A DNA stretch of 62,803 nt, counting the filler, from Bradymonadales bacterium (GTDB taxonomy: Bacteria > Bdellovibrionota > UBA2394), in NCBI GenBank assembly GCA_007693605.1. It is 5 parts of 5 records of this genome, joined end to end, with 100 filler letters (N's around TTAATTAATTAA, not from the genome) between each part and the next. Parts side by side here need not be neighbours in the genome. Positions count along the whole stretch, not along the records: positions 1 to 12,809 come from REDG01000015.1; 4 more parts are not named here. The stretch is one strand, 5' to 3'. The translations under genes and the position numbers were made by a program. Every line of letters begins with the position of its first letter. The stretch's first letter is position 1. The notes below the pieces were generated by a model. That model saw only the letters and a program-made list of their open reading frames with translations. It did no database searches and was not told the origin of the DNA. Of this stretch, positions 1 through 8,602 are shown piece after piece.

Positions 1-204
1 GATACCGCATCTTCGCTCTATAAGCCGCATTGCCATGCATTTAGATTTTTTCATTCCAGATTAAGGTTGAGCTTTCAGAGCGAAAGCTAGAGCAATTAAA
101 GCCCGCTTTCTGATTTGATTTGGCAAATTAAAAATAGTGCTTAGAAAAACCCGTCAACTAAAAAATAGAATATTTTTTCCAGATTTAATTGGGCTGGACC
201 CAAG

Positions 205-531
205 CCCAAGAAAACAAGATGAGTCCCTTAAAAACTCATTTTGCTTTTTAGGAAAAACAGCCGCACCGACATCTCGTTTGTCAGAAAAATCACTTCCGCT
301 GCGGTAATCAGTTTCAGGCATCAATGCGATAGGTGAGCCGGTCCCTCAAAAAAATAAAAATAAGTCCCTTAAAAACTTATTTTTATTTTTTGGGAACAGG
401 CTACTAGGGACACCCTGTTTTTCAGAAAAGTTACTTCCGCTCCGGTAATGAGATGGTGCGACTAGGGCTCCGGCGCATTCCATCCTCGAAGAGTTAAAAT
501 AAGTCCTTCAAAAACTCATCCTATTTTTTGG
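205..531. repeat. Imperfect ~140-bp tandem repeat (2.3 units), each unit with an AT-rich inverted repeat around a conserved 9-nt core
   Basis: Cores RAGT-CCCTTAAAA-ACTY at 221-237, 362-378 and 501-517 (CCTTCAAAA variant); block 268-308 matches 409-449 at 34/41 nt; unit 2 has perfect 17-bp arms at 349-365/375-391. Confidence 0.8.
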
Positions 532-811
532 GCAGACTCTGGGGCTTGGTCGAGAGGGAAGAGATGCATGAGAGATCGGGCTTTCGAACATTAGATCTGT
601 AGCTTTTGATTCAATGGAACCAGAGTCACCACGCTCCAATCCTCTCTTCCCGCGTCCCCCTGTCAGCCTGTCTTCGTCAGTTCGATCGAGAGCTAGAGAC
701 CCGATGAGAGACATACCCGTCCCAAATGGGCATCAGGGCCTTTAGGGAGGGGTTTTAAGTGCTTGAAATCTCAGGATTTCAGTTGGCGAGGAACTTGCTT
801 CCCTATATAGT

Positions 812-2965
812 TTGGCGCCGATGAAATCTCAATGGAGACATCAACCACTCTGCCTGAAGGCGAGCTTTAGCTTTGGCCTTGCCATGGTATTGGGCCTTAG
901 TTTGCCGCATGAGCTAGCTTGGGCAGAGGATTTGAGTAAACGAAGTTTCTGCGGGACATTGATCGCCACTATGGCGGGCGGACCGAGAATTGTCATTCCT
1001 TCACGAGACGACTTAGAAACGCTGAAAGAGCATATTGAGTGGGACGACGCCACTGTCTTAGATCCGGTCATAGATTACATTGAAAAGTGGCGGGGATTGT
1101 ACCCAACTGAGGCTCGCTCATCTGAGCCCTCAGGCAGACTCCCAGATCTTTTTGAAATCAAATCGATCGACAAAAGACCGGTTCAGAAAATGACCGCAGA
1201 AGAAATCTTGCTGGAACTCGGTGAGAGCTGGAGTAATCAAGCTCAGCCAGTCACTGAGAGAGAACGAGAACTGATGACGGTCGCGCTTTCTCAAAGGCCG
1301 GCGGAGAGCCTTGAGCTTTTTTTACTCAAGATGAGGCCACTTGAAAAAAGTCAACAAGCCGCACTTCCCCCTGTGGAGCGGATCACCAAGCCCAAAGCAG
1401 AGCGGATCAGCATTTTTGTGAATCAGGTCCTGCTAGCCCGGACCATTGAAGCTGAGAGCTTCCATCGAGAAGTAAGCAAGGAGGTTTTAAAGAACTGGAT
1501 TTTTAGAGTGGCGAGGGAAATCCTCATTCCTCTCGAATTTGATTCTGATCAGAGCCATCTTGTCCTAGTCGAAGATGCGTGGACATTCTTAAGAAATCGA
1601 GGACCGAGCTTTGAAGATTCCTTTCATCCTCAGACTGATTCAGACCTACACAGCCCTAAGGTTGAAGATCCCTTGGCAGAAGTTCAAGCCCTAGAGGTTT
1701 GGGACCCAGAACACATCGAACAACAGGATGCTTTGAAGGCCCGAATTGCATCCCACCTAGAGGCAGAAATGAAGGTCGATAAACTCCGCTGGGGACTCTT
1801 TCATCTTCTTGAGGATGTCAATGAACGCTACAGCCCTGAGCTTCGAAGTCACAGCCCTCTCATTGATGGACAGGAGATGCCCAAAGTGACCCACCCATCG
1901 AAAACTCCAGAGGGGAAAGATTGGACTTACTTCTTAAGTAACAGAAAGGGAATTTATCGATTGCGAGAGTCTCACGAGAGAATCAGCGGGCAGATTGCAT
2001 GGCTTTCAGAACGAATACAGCAAAGAAGCGATCTCGATGATTTTCAGAAACTCGCAGGATTGCTTGAAAAGAGGCAAGAACTGCTTCGGACGCTCGTCGA
2101 TCTTGTAAAGAAGGTCGAGCTCAAGTTGATGTCAAATAGCCTAGAGCCAGGCCTACATAGAGAGCTTCATTTCATGCTCTCAGAGCTCTCTTCGATTCCC
2201 GCTGATCTTGCCCGGCAGAACGGGGAGCTCAAAGACTCTCTCGATCAAAGCGACTTTGACCTCCAATACGCTCTCCCTCTCGAACAATTGGATTCGGTCT
2301 TTGAGCCCGTTTTTCAATGGCTTGAAAGTTCAGTCTCTTTCCCCTTTTGGCTGAACAACCCTGATTACAACCCAGAAAAGGGCGCTGAGGTGCTTGAGAA
2401 ACTTCGGCAGCAGGGCCTAAGATGGAATAACCTACCAAAATCGATGCGGACTAAGCTGGGTCGAGCAGAAGATCCATTAGCTTATCTTCAAGAGCACTTC
2501 AAACTTTTTGAGAGCTTCGCTGATATTCAAATGGTTTACGATGGACCCCCCATTCTGATGGAATTCGACCGAGTCATGGCGCAGGTGGCGCCCACCTCAA
2601 TACAGTCTTCTGATTTGAATGCTTCGGGACTTGGAGGCGCCCTCGCGTGGAAAGATTCTAAGATAGCAGATCTGATCGGCAAACTAGAGAGCATTCTTCA
2701 CTTGGCTCAAGATCGTCGTAAAAAGCTTCTGGCTCGCATCGACGAGCCAGGTCCCCGAAGTAGCTTCGAACACTATTTTCGATACACCAAGGCGGAGGAG
2801 ATCTTTACTTTCTTAAAGTCGACCAACGAACGAGCTGGAAGAGTGAAGGCGATGGAAGTGTCAGACAAAAATCAAAGGCGACTGGAAGAGCTAGAGACAG
2901 CGATTTGGCAGGAGTTGGTCGAAGTGAATGATATCATTGAAAGACTAACTCCACCACAGCGCTGA
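812..2965 (+). CDS. Secreted hypothetical protein, helical/coiled-coil rich
   Basis: 717-aa ORF; hydrophobic N-terminal segment ending AWA; no recognisable catalytic motif; start may be ATG 821. Confidence 0.7.
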   Translation: MAPMKSQWRHQPLCLKASFSFGLAMVLGLSLPHELAWAEDLSKRSFCGTLIATMAGGPRIVIPSRDDLETLKEHIEWDDATVLDPVIDYIEKWRGLYPTEARSSEPSGRLPDLFEIKSIDKRPVQKMTAEEILLELGESWSNQAQPVTERERELMTVALSQRPAESLELFLLKMRPLEKSQQAALPPVERITKPKAERISIFVNQVLLARTIEAESFHREVSKEVLKNWIFRVAREILIPLEFDSDQSHLVLVEDAWTFLRNRGPSFEDSFHPQTDSDLHSPKVEDPLAEVQALEVWDPEHIEQQDALKARIASHLEAEMKVDKLRWGLFHLLEDVNERYSPELRSHSPLIDGQEMPKVTHPSKTPEGKDWTYFLSNRKGIYRLRESHERISGQIAWLSERIQQRSDLDDFQKLAGLLEKRQELLRTLVDLVKKVELKLMSNSLEPGLHRELHFMLSELSSIPADLARQNGELKDSLDQSDFDLQYALPLEQLDSVFEPVFQWLESSVSFPFWLNNPDYNPEKGAEVLEKLRQQGLRWNNLPKSMRTKLGRAEDPLAYLQEHFKLFESFADIQMVYDGPPILMEFDRVMAQVAPTSIQSSDLNASGLGGALAWKDSKIADLIGKLESILHLAQDRRKKLLARIDEPGPRSSFEHYFRYTKAEEIFTFLKSTNERAGRVKAMEVSDKNQRRLEELETAIWQELVEVNDIIERLTPPQR

Positions 2966-2986
2966 GAATTTCAGATAATCTCGGCT

Positions 2987-3670
2987 TCAACGAGAGCGAT
3001 ATCCGAGTTGGGCCACACGACGACTAAGACTAGACGAGTTTTCTGCTGGAAAAATAAAAATCGCGCCGGGGTTGATGTAGGTGTGATGGGCTCTGTTGAG
3101 AAGCTCGATACTCAAGCCCTTGTGTAAATCCCTCTCCCATCTTCCATCTTCTGCGATTCTGTCAATCAAACGAAAAGACTCCCTCACTTCGGCGGCATCT
3201 GGAAGTTCTGAGATTAACTCGTTGGCAGACATCAGGGCAGGGAATTGAATCGAAACAGGAAAACCAAATCGATGACTCCACGGCTGCAGCCGGTCGTTCA
3301 CCTGTTGGCTGCGCTCTAGGATCTCGTCAAGATCTTCGCTTTTCCAAAAGACTTGAATATCAAGGTCTGAGTCCTGCTGGACGGCATAAGCCCGCTCCCC
3401 TTGAGTTCGACTGCCAAAAAGCACAATCATCTCGGCCTCATCGAAAACCGGATCATTTCGCAAAAAATCTAAGAACTCTTCGAAAAGCTCTGAATCCAAG
3501 CCTTTGACTTGAACCGCTTGAGAGGACCCCTCCTGATTCATCGAGCGATGAAGTTTCAAGACACTTGAAACGCAGATGGCCTCTGCATCAAGGCAAAACC
3601 CAAAGGCGACAAGCAAGAGGCCAGAAGCCCAAAAGCTGCCGCGAAGACAATTCGCCCGAAAATCCCTCAC
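2987..3670 (-). CDS. Pol-beta-superfamily (MNT-like) nucleotidyltransferase with predicted signal peptide
   Basis: IVLFGSRTQG...DSDLDIQV (hG[GS]..DxD motif); N-terminal signal-like segment ending AEA. Confidence 0.75.
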   Translation of the reverse strand: MRDFRANCLRGSFWASGLLLVAFGFCLDAEAICVSSVLKLHRSMNQEGSSQAVQVKGLDSELFEEFLDFLRNDPVFDEAEMIVLFGSRTQGERAYAVQQDSDLDIQVFWKSEDLDEILERSQQVNDRLQPWSHRFGFPVSIQFPALMSANELISELPDAAEVRESFRLIDRIAEDGRWERDLHKGLSIELLNRAHHTYINPGAIFIFPAENSSSLSRRVAQLGYRSR

Positions 3671-3918
3671 CCAAGGGCCACTCTATCAGAGCTCTCGAAA
3701 AAGCTCTATCTCTTCGAAATGGGGGCGAGACAGGCTGCCCGCAGAGCGAGTTTGCGAGCTTTCCTAAGTTCCCGTCAGGCTTTTACTAAGGTCTTGTTAA
3801 GACGAGAGTTTTTGGCAGATTCCCCCTTGCTCGCCCCCCGATTCTTGCCTAAGAGGAGGTCAGATTTATGCTGACAAAGCATCGAACAGATGATTTTCAG
3901 TTTCTGGGAGGGCCCTAT

Positions 3919-5262
3919 ATGTTCAGAACAATCAGCATTCTCTTCGCGGCAGCCTTGTTTTTCTCCTGTACCAGCCAGGAGGGATCGAATCGCTCCAGTT
4001 CGGCCGAAAATACCGATCGCCTTGTTATTCTTTCTCCTCACAGAAAGTCCATTCAAGAGGAGTTCGTTCCCCGCTTTCGAGACTATTATCGCCAAGAGAC
4101 AGGAAGAGACATTCGAGTCGATTGGCTCGACCAAGGGGGCACATCGGCGGGCCTTCGATTTTTGAGAGCGCGTTACGCTAGAAACTCTGAATCAGCCGAG
4201 GTGGATATTTTTTGGGGCGGCGGAGCCTCTGCGTTCATTGAACTCGATCAAGCAGGATTTTTAGAAGCCTTTCCGGTTTCAGACGAAATTCGCAGCCAAA
4301 TTCCAGACAGCTTAGCCGGGGTCGCCATGCGAAACGAGGCCCAGACCTGGCATGCGACGGCGATCTCTGGCTTCGGAATTTTTTATAACAAAAGAGCTCT
4401 CGGCATGAGAAATCTTGAGGCCCCCCGCACCTGGGATGAACTCGGCCACCCACGCTTCTATAATCAGCTCAGTTTGACCGACCCAAGACAATCCGGCAGC
4501 GCTTCGATTATGAATATGATCGTCTTAGAGAGTATGGGTTGGGAGCGAGGCTGGGAGGTTCTTACCGCCATCGCCGGAAATACTAATCACTTTACTCACT
4601 CAAGTTCCGACCCGATTCGAGCCGTCGTCACAGGCGATGTATTGGCTGCGATGGCCATTGATTTTTACGCGGCCGCTCAAATTGCCGATGTGGGCGCAGA
4701 GAATTTGGGGTTCGCCCTTCCAGAGGGTCAGAGCATTCTCGACCCCGACCCCATTGCGATTTTGCGAGGAGCCCCGAATCGTCTGGTCGCGGAGAAATTT
4801 GTAGAATTCGTAATGCTTCCGAGCGAACAGAAGCTTTTGATGCTGCCAAGAGCAGAGGCCGACGGACCGCGGCGCTCAACGCTTGGAAGAATGGGAGTGA
4901 ATCGGCTGGCTTATGAGCAGACCGAGGGCCGTCGCGTGATTGATTTGAATCCTTTTTCGCAAGAAAGTAGCCTGCAACTCGACATGGAGAGGTTTGCGCG
5001 AACCCAAAGGGTTCTGAATGACCTGATCGGCGCCATTTTTATCGACACCCACTCCGATCTAAAATCCGAGTGGGGCCGCTTGATTCAAATGAACGGCGAC
5101 GAAGCGAGTTCTGAGAGAATGCGAGCCTTTTCAAAGCCACCTCTGACCGAGACTGAGTTTCTTGAACTTGCTGATCAGTGGGGCGACGACCGACTAAGAA
5201 ATCGCACGATCAATCAGTGGGTGGATTTCGCGCGAAATAAGTACCGCCGAAGCCAACTCTGA
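3919..5262 (+). CDS. ABC transporter substrate-binding lipoprotein (Fe3+/AfuA-FbpA-like)
   Basis: Lipobox FFSC; DIFWGG, DPRQSGS, AIDFYA motifs; ATG 3919 after GGAGG (ORF track start 3868). Confidence 0.85.
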   Translation: MFRTISILFAAALFFSCTSQEGSNRSSSAENTDRLVILSPHRKSIQEEFVPRFRDYYRQETGRDIRVDWLDQGGTSAGLRFLRARYARNSESAEVDIFWGGGASAFIELDQAGFLEAFPVSDEIRSQIPDSLAGVAMRNEAQTWHATAISGFGIFYNKRALGMRNLEAPRTWDELGHPRFYNQLSLTDPRQSGSASIMNMIVLESMGWERGWEVLTAIAGNTNHFTHSSSDPIRAVVTGDVLAAMAIDFYAAAQIADVGAENLGFALPEGQSILDPDPIAILRGAPNRLVAEKFVEFVMLPSEQKLLMLPRAEADGPRRSTLGRMGVNRLAYEQTEGRRVIDLNPFSQESSLQLDMERFARTQRVLNDLIGAIFIDTHSDLKSEWGRLIQMNGDEASSERMRAFSKPPLTETEFLELADQWGDDRLRNRTINQWVDFARNKYRRSQL

Positions 5263-5423
5263 GTTCTTGCGTTCAAGGCGGCCCCCTCACACTTGTTATA
5301 TATGTCCAATATGCGCCTCGCTGCCGCCTGGCATTGGCTAAAACGGGTCCTAGCACAACACGGAAACAATTTACCGATTGGACCACTAGACAAAAGTTTT
5401 AAAACAGACAAAGTTGGGTCCCG

Positions 5424-6530
5424 GTGGAAGTCACTTTTCAAGGAGTGGATAAGCGATTCGGGGATGTTCGAGCGGTCAACAACCTCAATCTAGTCATTCA
5501 TTCTGGCAGTCTGCACTTTCTTTTGGGACCTTCGGGATGCGGAAAGACCACAACGCTGCGAATGTTAGCCGGTCTTGAGGAGGTCAGCTCCGGTCGGATT
5601 TTTTTTGACGGAAAGGATGTCACTCGAATGCCGGCGGCCGATCGGGGAATCGGCATGGTCTTTCAGAACTATGCGCTGTGGCCGCATATGACGGTGTTAA
5701 AAAATATCGAGTACGGCCTAAAGCTAAGAAAGCTGAGCCCCGAAGAGTTTCAGGCGAGAATTGAAGACGCCGTCAGAATCACCCAGCTCTCTAAGTATTT
5801 GGATCGCTACCCAAACCAACTCTCTGGGGGTCAGCAACAGCGGGTCGCCCTGGCCCGAGCCCTAGCGATCCGACCGAATGTGCTCTTGCTCGACGAGCCC
5901 CTCTCAAATTTGGACGCCAAGCTTCGGCTGGAGATGCGAGACAATATCACAAGAATTCATCGCAAGACCAAGATCACCACCGTTTATGTGACACATGACC
6001 AGCGGGAGGCTTTGTCGATGGGAACGGAAGTTTCTGTCATGCGAGCAGGTGACCTGATTCAAAGCGGAAGCCCCAGAGAGCTTTATAACGAGCCCAAAAG
6101 CCCCTTCATTGCGAGCTTTATTGGGGAAACGAATCTGATCGAGGGGGTGGTCAAAGAGAGGGCGGATCAGTTCTGCCTCGTTGAGACCGCCTACGGCATG
6201 ATTCGAAGTGAGCGGGTGATGGGAGACTTCAAGAAAGATGAAAAAGTTTATCTTTCAGTCCGACCGGAGTGGATTCAACTCCTTCTTGACCCTCAGATGA
6301 AACCCAAAACGGAGCACAACAATTTTCGTCTGAAGGTAAAGCATGTGACTTATCTAGGAGAATCCGAGCAGGTTTTCTTTGCTTGCCAACAAGGAGAGAG
6401 CGAACTGCGCGCCAATCACTATCAGACGGCGCACTACCACATCGACGATGGTGATGAAGTCGCCTTTGCGATTGACCCAACGGATATACTTGTTCTGCCT
6501 TTTGATCAAAATTTAGATTCGAAGACCTGA
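5424..6530 (+). CDS. ABC transporter ATP-binding protein (FbpC/PotA family)
   Basis: Walker A GPSGCGKT, signature LSGGQQQR, LLLDEP, C-terminal TOBE-like region. Confidence 0.95.
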   Translation: MEVTFQGVDKRFGDVRAVNNLNLVIHSGSLHFLLGPSGCGKTTTLRMLAGLEEVSSGRIFFDGKDVTRMPAADRGIGMVFQNYALWPHMTVLKNIEYGLKLRKLSPEEFQARIEDAVRITQLSKYLDRYPNQLSGGQQQRVALARALAIRPNVLLLDEPLSNLDAKLRLEMRDNITRIHRKTKITTVYVTHDQREALSMGTEVSVMRAGDLIQSGSPRELYNEPKSPFIASFIGETNLIEGVVKERADQFCLVETAYGMIRSERVMGDFKKDEKVYLSVRPEWIQLLLDPQMKPKTEHNNFRLKVKHVTYLGESEQVFFACQQGESELRANHYQTAHYHIDDGDEVAFAIDPTDILVLPFDQNLDSKT

Positions 6531-6559
6531 AGAAAGGGAGCTTAGACTTTTAGAAAACC

Positions 6560-8287
6560 ATGTCTGGATCTACTGCTGACACCACCTCTCGCCTCTCCAG
6601 ACAAGTCTCTTCTTTCGTCGGCTACTCGACCATCGTCATCACCCTCTTAGTGCTATTCTTTTTTTTAATCCTTCCGGTCTCGGTGATTATCGGAAAGGCC
6701 TTCTTGACGCCTTCTGGGGAGCTGACCTTAGACTACTTTCGACTTTTGATGGAGAACCCTCTGCAGATGGGGAGTTTGTGGAATAGTCTTTGGATCGGAG
6801 TAGCGACCACCATCTTAACAACGATTGTGAGCCTTCCCTTGGCTTTGATCAACGCACGCTTTGACTATCGCGGCAAAGCTCTGATGTCCGGGCTTCTTTT
6901 GGTTCCGATTGTTATGCCTCCCTTTGTAGGGGCGTTGGGAATTCAAAAGATTTTTGCGCAGTACGGTTCTTTGAACCTGCTTTTGATGGAGTGGAACATC
7001 ATTTCAGAGCCGATCCGATGGCTAACCGAGGGCAATCACTTTTGGGTGGTGGTCATTCTAGAAACTCTTCACCTTTATCCGATCATGTATTTGAATATCA
7101 TGGCCGCACTTTCCAATATTGATCCGAGCATGGAGGAGATGGCCTCCACTTTGGGTGTCAAAAAGTGGCGCCAGTTTAAAGACATCACCTGGCCCCTGGC
7201 GCGGCCCGGTTATTTTGCGGGCGCGATTATTGTTTTCATTTGGGCTTTCACTGATCTCGGAGTGCCCCTTTTGATTGGATTCAACGACACGATTCCCGTT
7301 CAGATTTTCAATATGGTGACGGATGTCAACGAGAACCCGATTGGCTTTGCTCTCGTCTTTATTGTGGTGGTAATCACCGTGGTGATTTTTTTGGGTTCTA
7401 AGCTTTTCATCTCACCGAATAAGTATGCCATGCTAACCCGTGGCCATGTTCGAAATCCGGTGAAGCCGATTCAAAGTTGGCTGGTGACTCTCGGTGTTTA
7501 CGCCTTTATGTTGACGGTCGTTCTGTTGGCCCTGTTTCCGCATGCTTCTGTTTTATTGATCAGCTTCTCTGGCGATTGGTTTATGACCGTTCTGCCCTCC
7601 TCCCTGACGCTTTCACATTATGAAGCGGTCTTTCAACAAGAGATCACGGTCTGGGGAATTCGAAACAGTCTGTATTTGTCGGCTTTGGCTGTTTTGGTGG
7701 ACTTGGCCTTGGGCGTTCTAATCGCCTATGTGATTGTTCGGAAGCTGGTGCCCTTCACGAGTGCACTTGATAGTCTTGTCATGATTCCTTTGGCATTGCC
7801 GGGAATTGTCTTGGCCTTTGGTTATGTGGTCACCTACACCGGCACATTTTTAGATCCCATGGAAAATCCAATTCCGCTTCTTGTGATCGCCTACGCAATT
7901 CGGCGACTTCCCTTTATGGTGCGCTCAGCGGTAGCCGGTCTCCAGCAAATGAGCGTCTCTTTGGAAGAAGCTTCGATGACTTTTGGGGCCTCTCGATTTT
8001 ATACGCTTCGAAAAATCACCGTTCCTCTCGTAACCGCCAATTTGATTGCAGGTGCCCTACTTTGCTTTGCTTATGCGATGCTCGATGTTTCAGACAGTTT
8101 GATTTTGGCCATGAAGGATGTTTTCTATCCGATTACCAAGGTCATTTATGTGTTGTCCCTAGAACCCGGCACGGGCATGTTTGTGGCCAGCGCCCTTGGA
8201 ATGATCGCCATGGTTATTCTGTCGGCCTGCATTATCGGGGCCTCCGTCCTGCTCGGAAAGAAAATGGGCGAGATCTTTCGGGGCTAA
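6560..8287 (+). CDS. ABC transporter permease (FbpB/AfuB family, duplicated domain)
   Basis: Many TM helices; two EAA-like loops (MEEMASTLG, LEEASMTFG). Confidence 0.92.
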   Translation: MSGSTADTTSRLSRQVSSFVGYSTIVITLLVLFFFLILPVSVIIGKAFLTPSGELTLDYFRLLMENPLQMGSLWNSLWIGVATTILTTIVSLPLALINARFDYRGKALMSGLLLVPIVMPPFVGALGIQKIFAQYGSLNLLLMEWNIISEPIRWLTEGNHFWVVVILETLHLYPIMYLNIMAALSNIDPSMEEMASTLGVKKWRQFKDITWPLARPGYFAGAIIVFIWAFTDLGVPLLIGFNDTIPVQIFNMVTDVNENPIGFALVFIVVVITVVIFLGSKLFISPNKYAMLTRGHVRNPVKPIQSWLVTLGVYAFMLTVVLLALFPHASVLLISFSGDWFMTVLPSSLTLSHYEAVFQQEITVWGIRNSLYLSALAVLVDLALGVLIAYVIVRKLVPFTSALDSLVMIPLALPGIVLAFGYVVTYTGTFLDPMENPIPLLVIAYAIRRLPFMVRSAVAGLQQMSVSLEEASMTFGASRFYTLRKITVPLVTANLIAGALLCFAYAMLDVSDSLILAMKDVFYPITKVIYVLSLEPGTGMFVASALGMIAMVILSACIIGASVLLGKKMGEIFRG

Positions 8288-8338
8288 AATAGGCCCAATT
8301 TCCACACAAGGCAGCCCGTCCAATTTTTAGCCCAGTAA

Positions 8339-8358
8339 AAAATAGACATGTCTATTTT
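8339..8358. promoter_or_regulatory. Perfect 20-bp palindrome, possible operator
   Basis: AAAATAGACATGTCTATTTT in the intergenic region upstream of the flagellin gene. Confidence 0.4.
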
Positions 8359-8602
8359 GTAGTGCTCTAACAAATGGCCGGGTTTAAAGCCAAATCTCTA
8401 GGATCTGACCCCCGCCCACAGGCCTCAGGCCTCAGCTTGACGCGTATCGAGTTCCGCGCGCAAAGCATTGAATTCATAACTGGAAGGAATTTCTAAGGCC
8501 GATTGGGGCGCCGCTTCTATCAAGCAATGTCGATGGTCAGTACGGAATGCTTAACCGTGCGAAAATCTTGATGCACCGCAGTAGCCAGAGAGGGCTTCTC
8601 TT

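Noticed and set aside
205..531. Repeat array as CRISPR
   Set aside because: The 140-bp period is too long, and the would-be spacers are homologous to each other
508..714. 68-aa minus-strand ORF overlapping the repeat array
   Set aside because: No motif or clear RBS; its end falls inside the third repeat core
8470..8540. Sigma28 promoter for the flagellin (GCCGAT near 8498)
   Set aside because: No TAAA element at the expected spacing
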